Of a DNA stretch of 7,044 nt, positions 6,933 through 7,044 are shown in pieces. The notes beneath the pieces are model-generated. The model searched no databases. It was not told where the DNA came from and saw only the letters and a list, made by a program, of their open reading frames with translations. Position numbers and translations under genes: made by a program. Every line of letters starts with the position of its first letter. Within the stretch, counting starts at the first letter, position 1. The DNA is from Fonticula alba ATCC 38817 (taxonomy: Eukaryota > Protista > Nucleariida): the NCBI GenBank assembly GCA_000388065.2, contig KB932215.1; one strand, given 5' to 3'.

Positions 6933-7044
6933 CGCACACAGGACGCCTCCCCGCCTGCCATCGCCCATTCCAGGGGCCCATCCTTCGTCCATGCCTCCTC
7001 CCCCGCCCCTTGGCCAGGACCTCGACACTGTGTGGCCCCCCCCC

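Noticed and set aside
1-7044. CRISPR array, prokaryotic operon, or intact transposon with terminal repeats
   Set aside because: No regularly spaced direct repeats, LTRs, TIRs or recognisable transposase/Cas motifs, and the tRNA gene architecture is eukaryotic.

Overview
Very GC-rich (roughly 70-75% by eye) DNA that looks like eukaryotic nuclear sequence; the organism cannot be identified. The only high-confidence genes are two tandem, intron-less, CCA-less tRNA genes on the + strand: tRNA-Glu(CTC) at 6099-6171 and tRNA-Gln(CTG) at 6267-6338. Each has an oligo-T Pol III terminator, and their flanks are strikingly similar (CAAAAACACC upstream, CGCC at -1 to -4, TTTTGGACGC downstream). The long overlapping ORFs in the track are mostly artefacts of stop-poor GC-rich DNA. 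Beneath them I can reconstruct a minus-strand, intron-containing coding path from about 2573 to the left edge, broken by about 7 frameshifts that can each be placed at a short G/C run. A weaker divergent plus-strand coding path spans about 2600-5900. Long C homopolymers lie mostly inside predicted short introns on the sense strand, and their strand polarity flips between the two genes. CATG is strongly over-represented. No protein family could be recognised. I cannot tell decayed pseudogenes from real genes damaged by assembly indels, and I found no confidently novel system.
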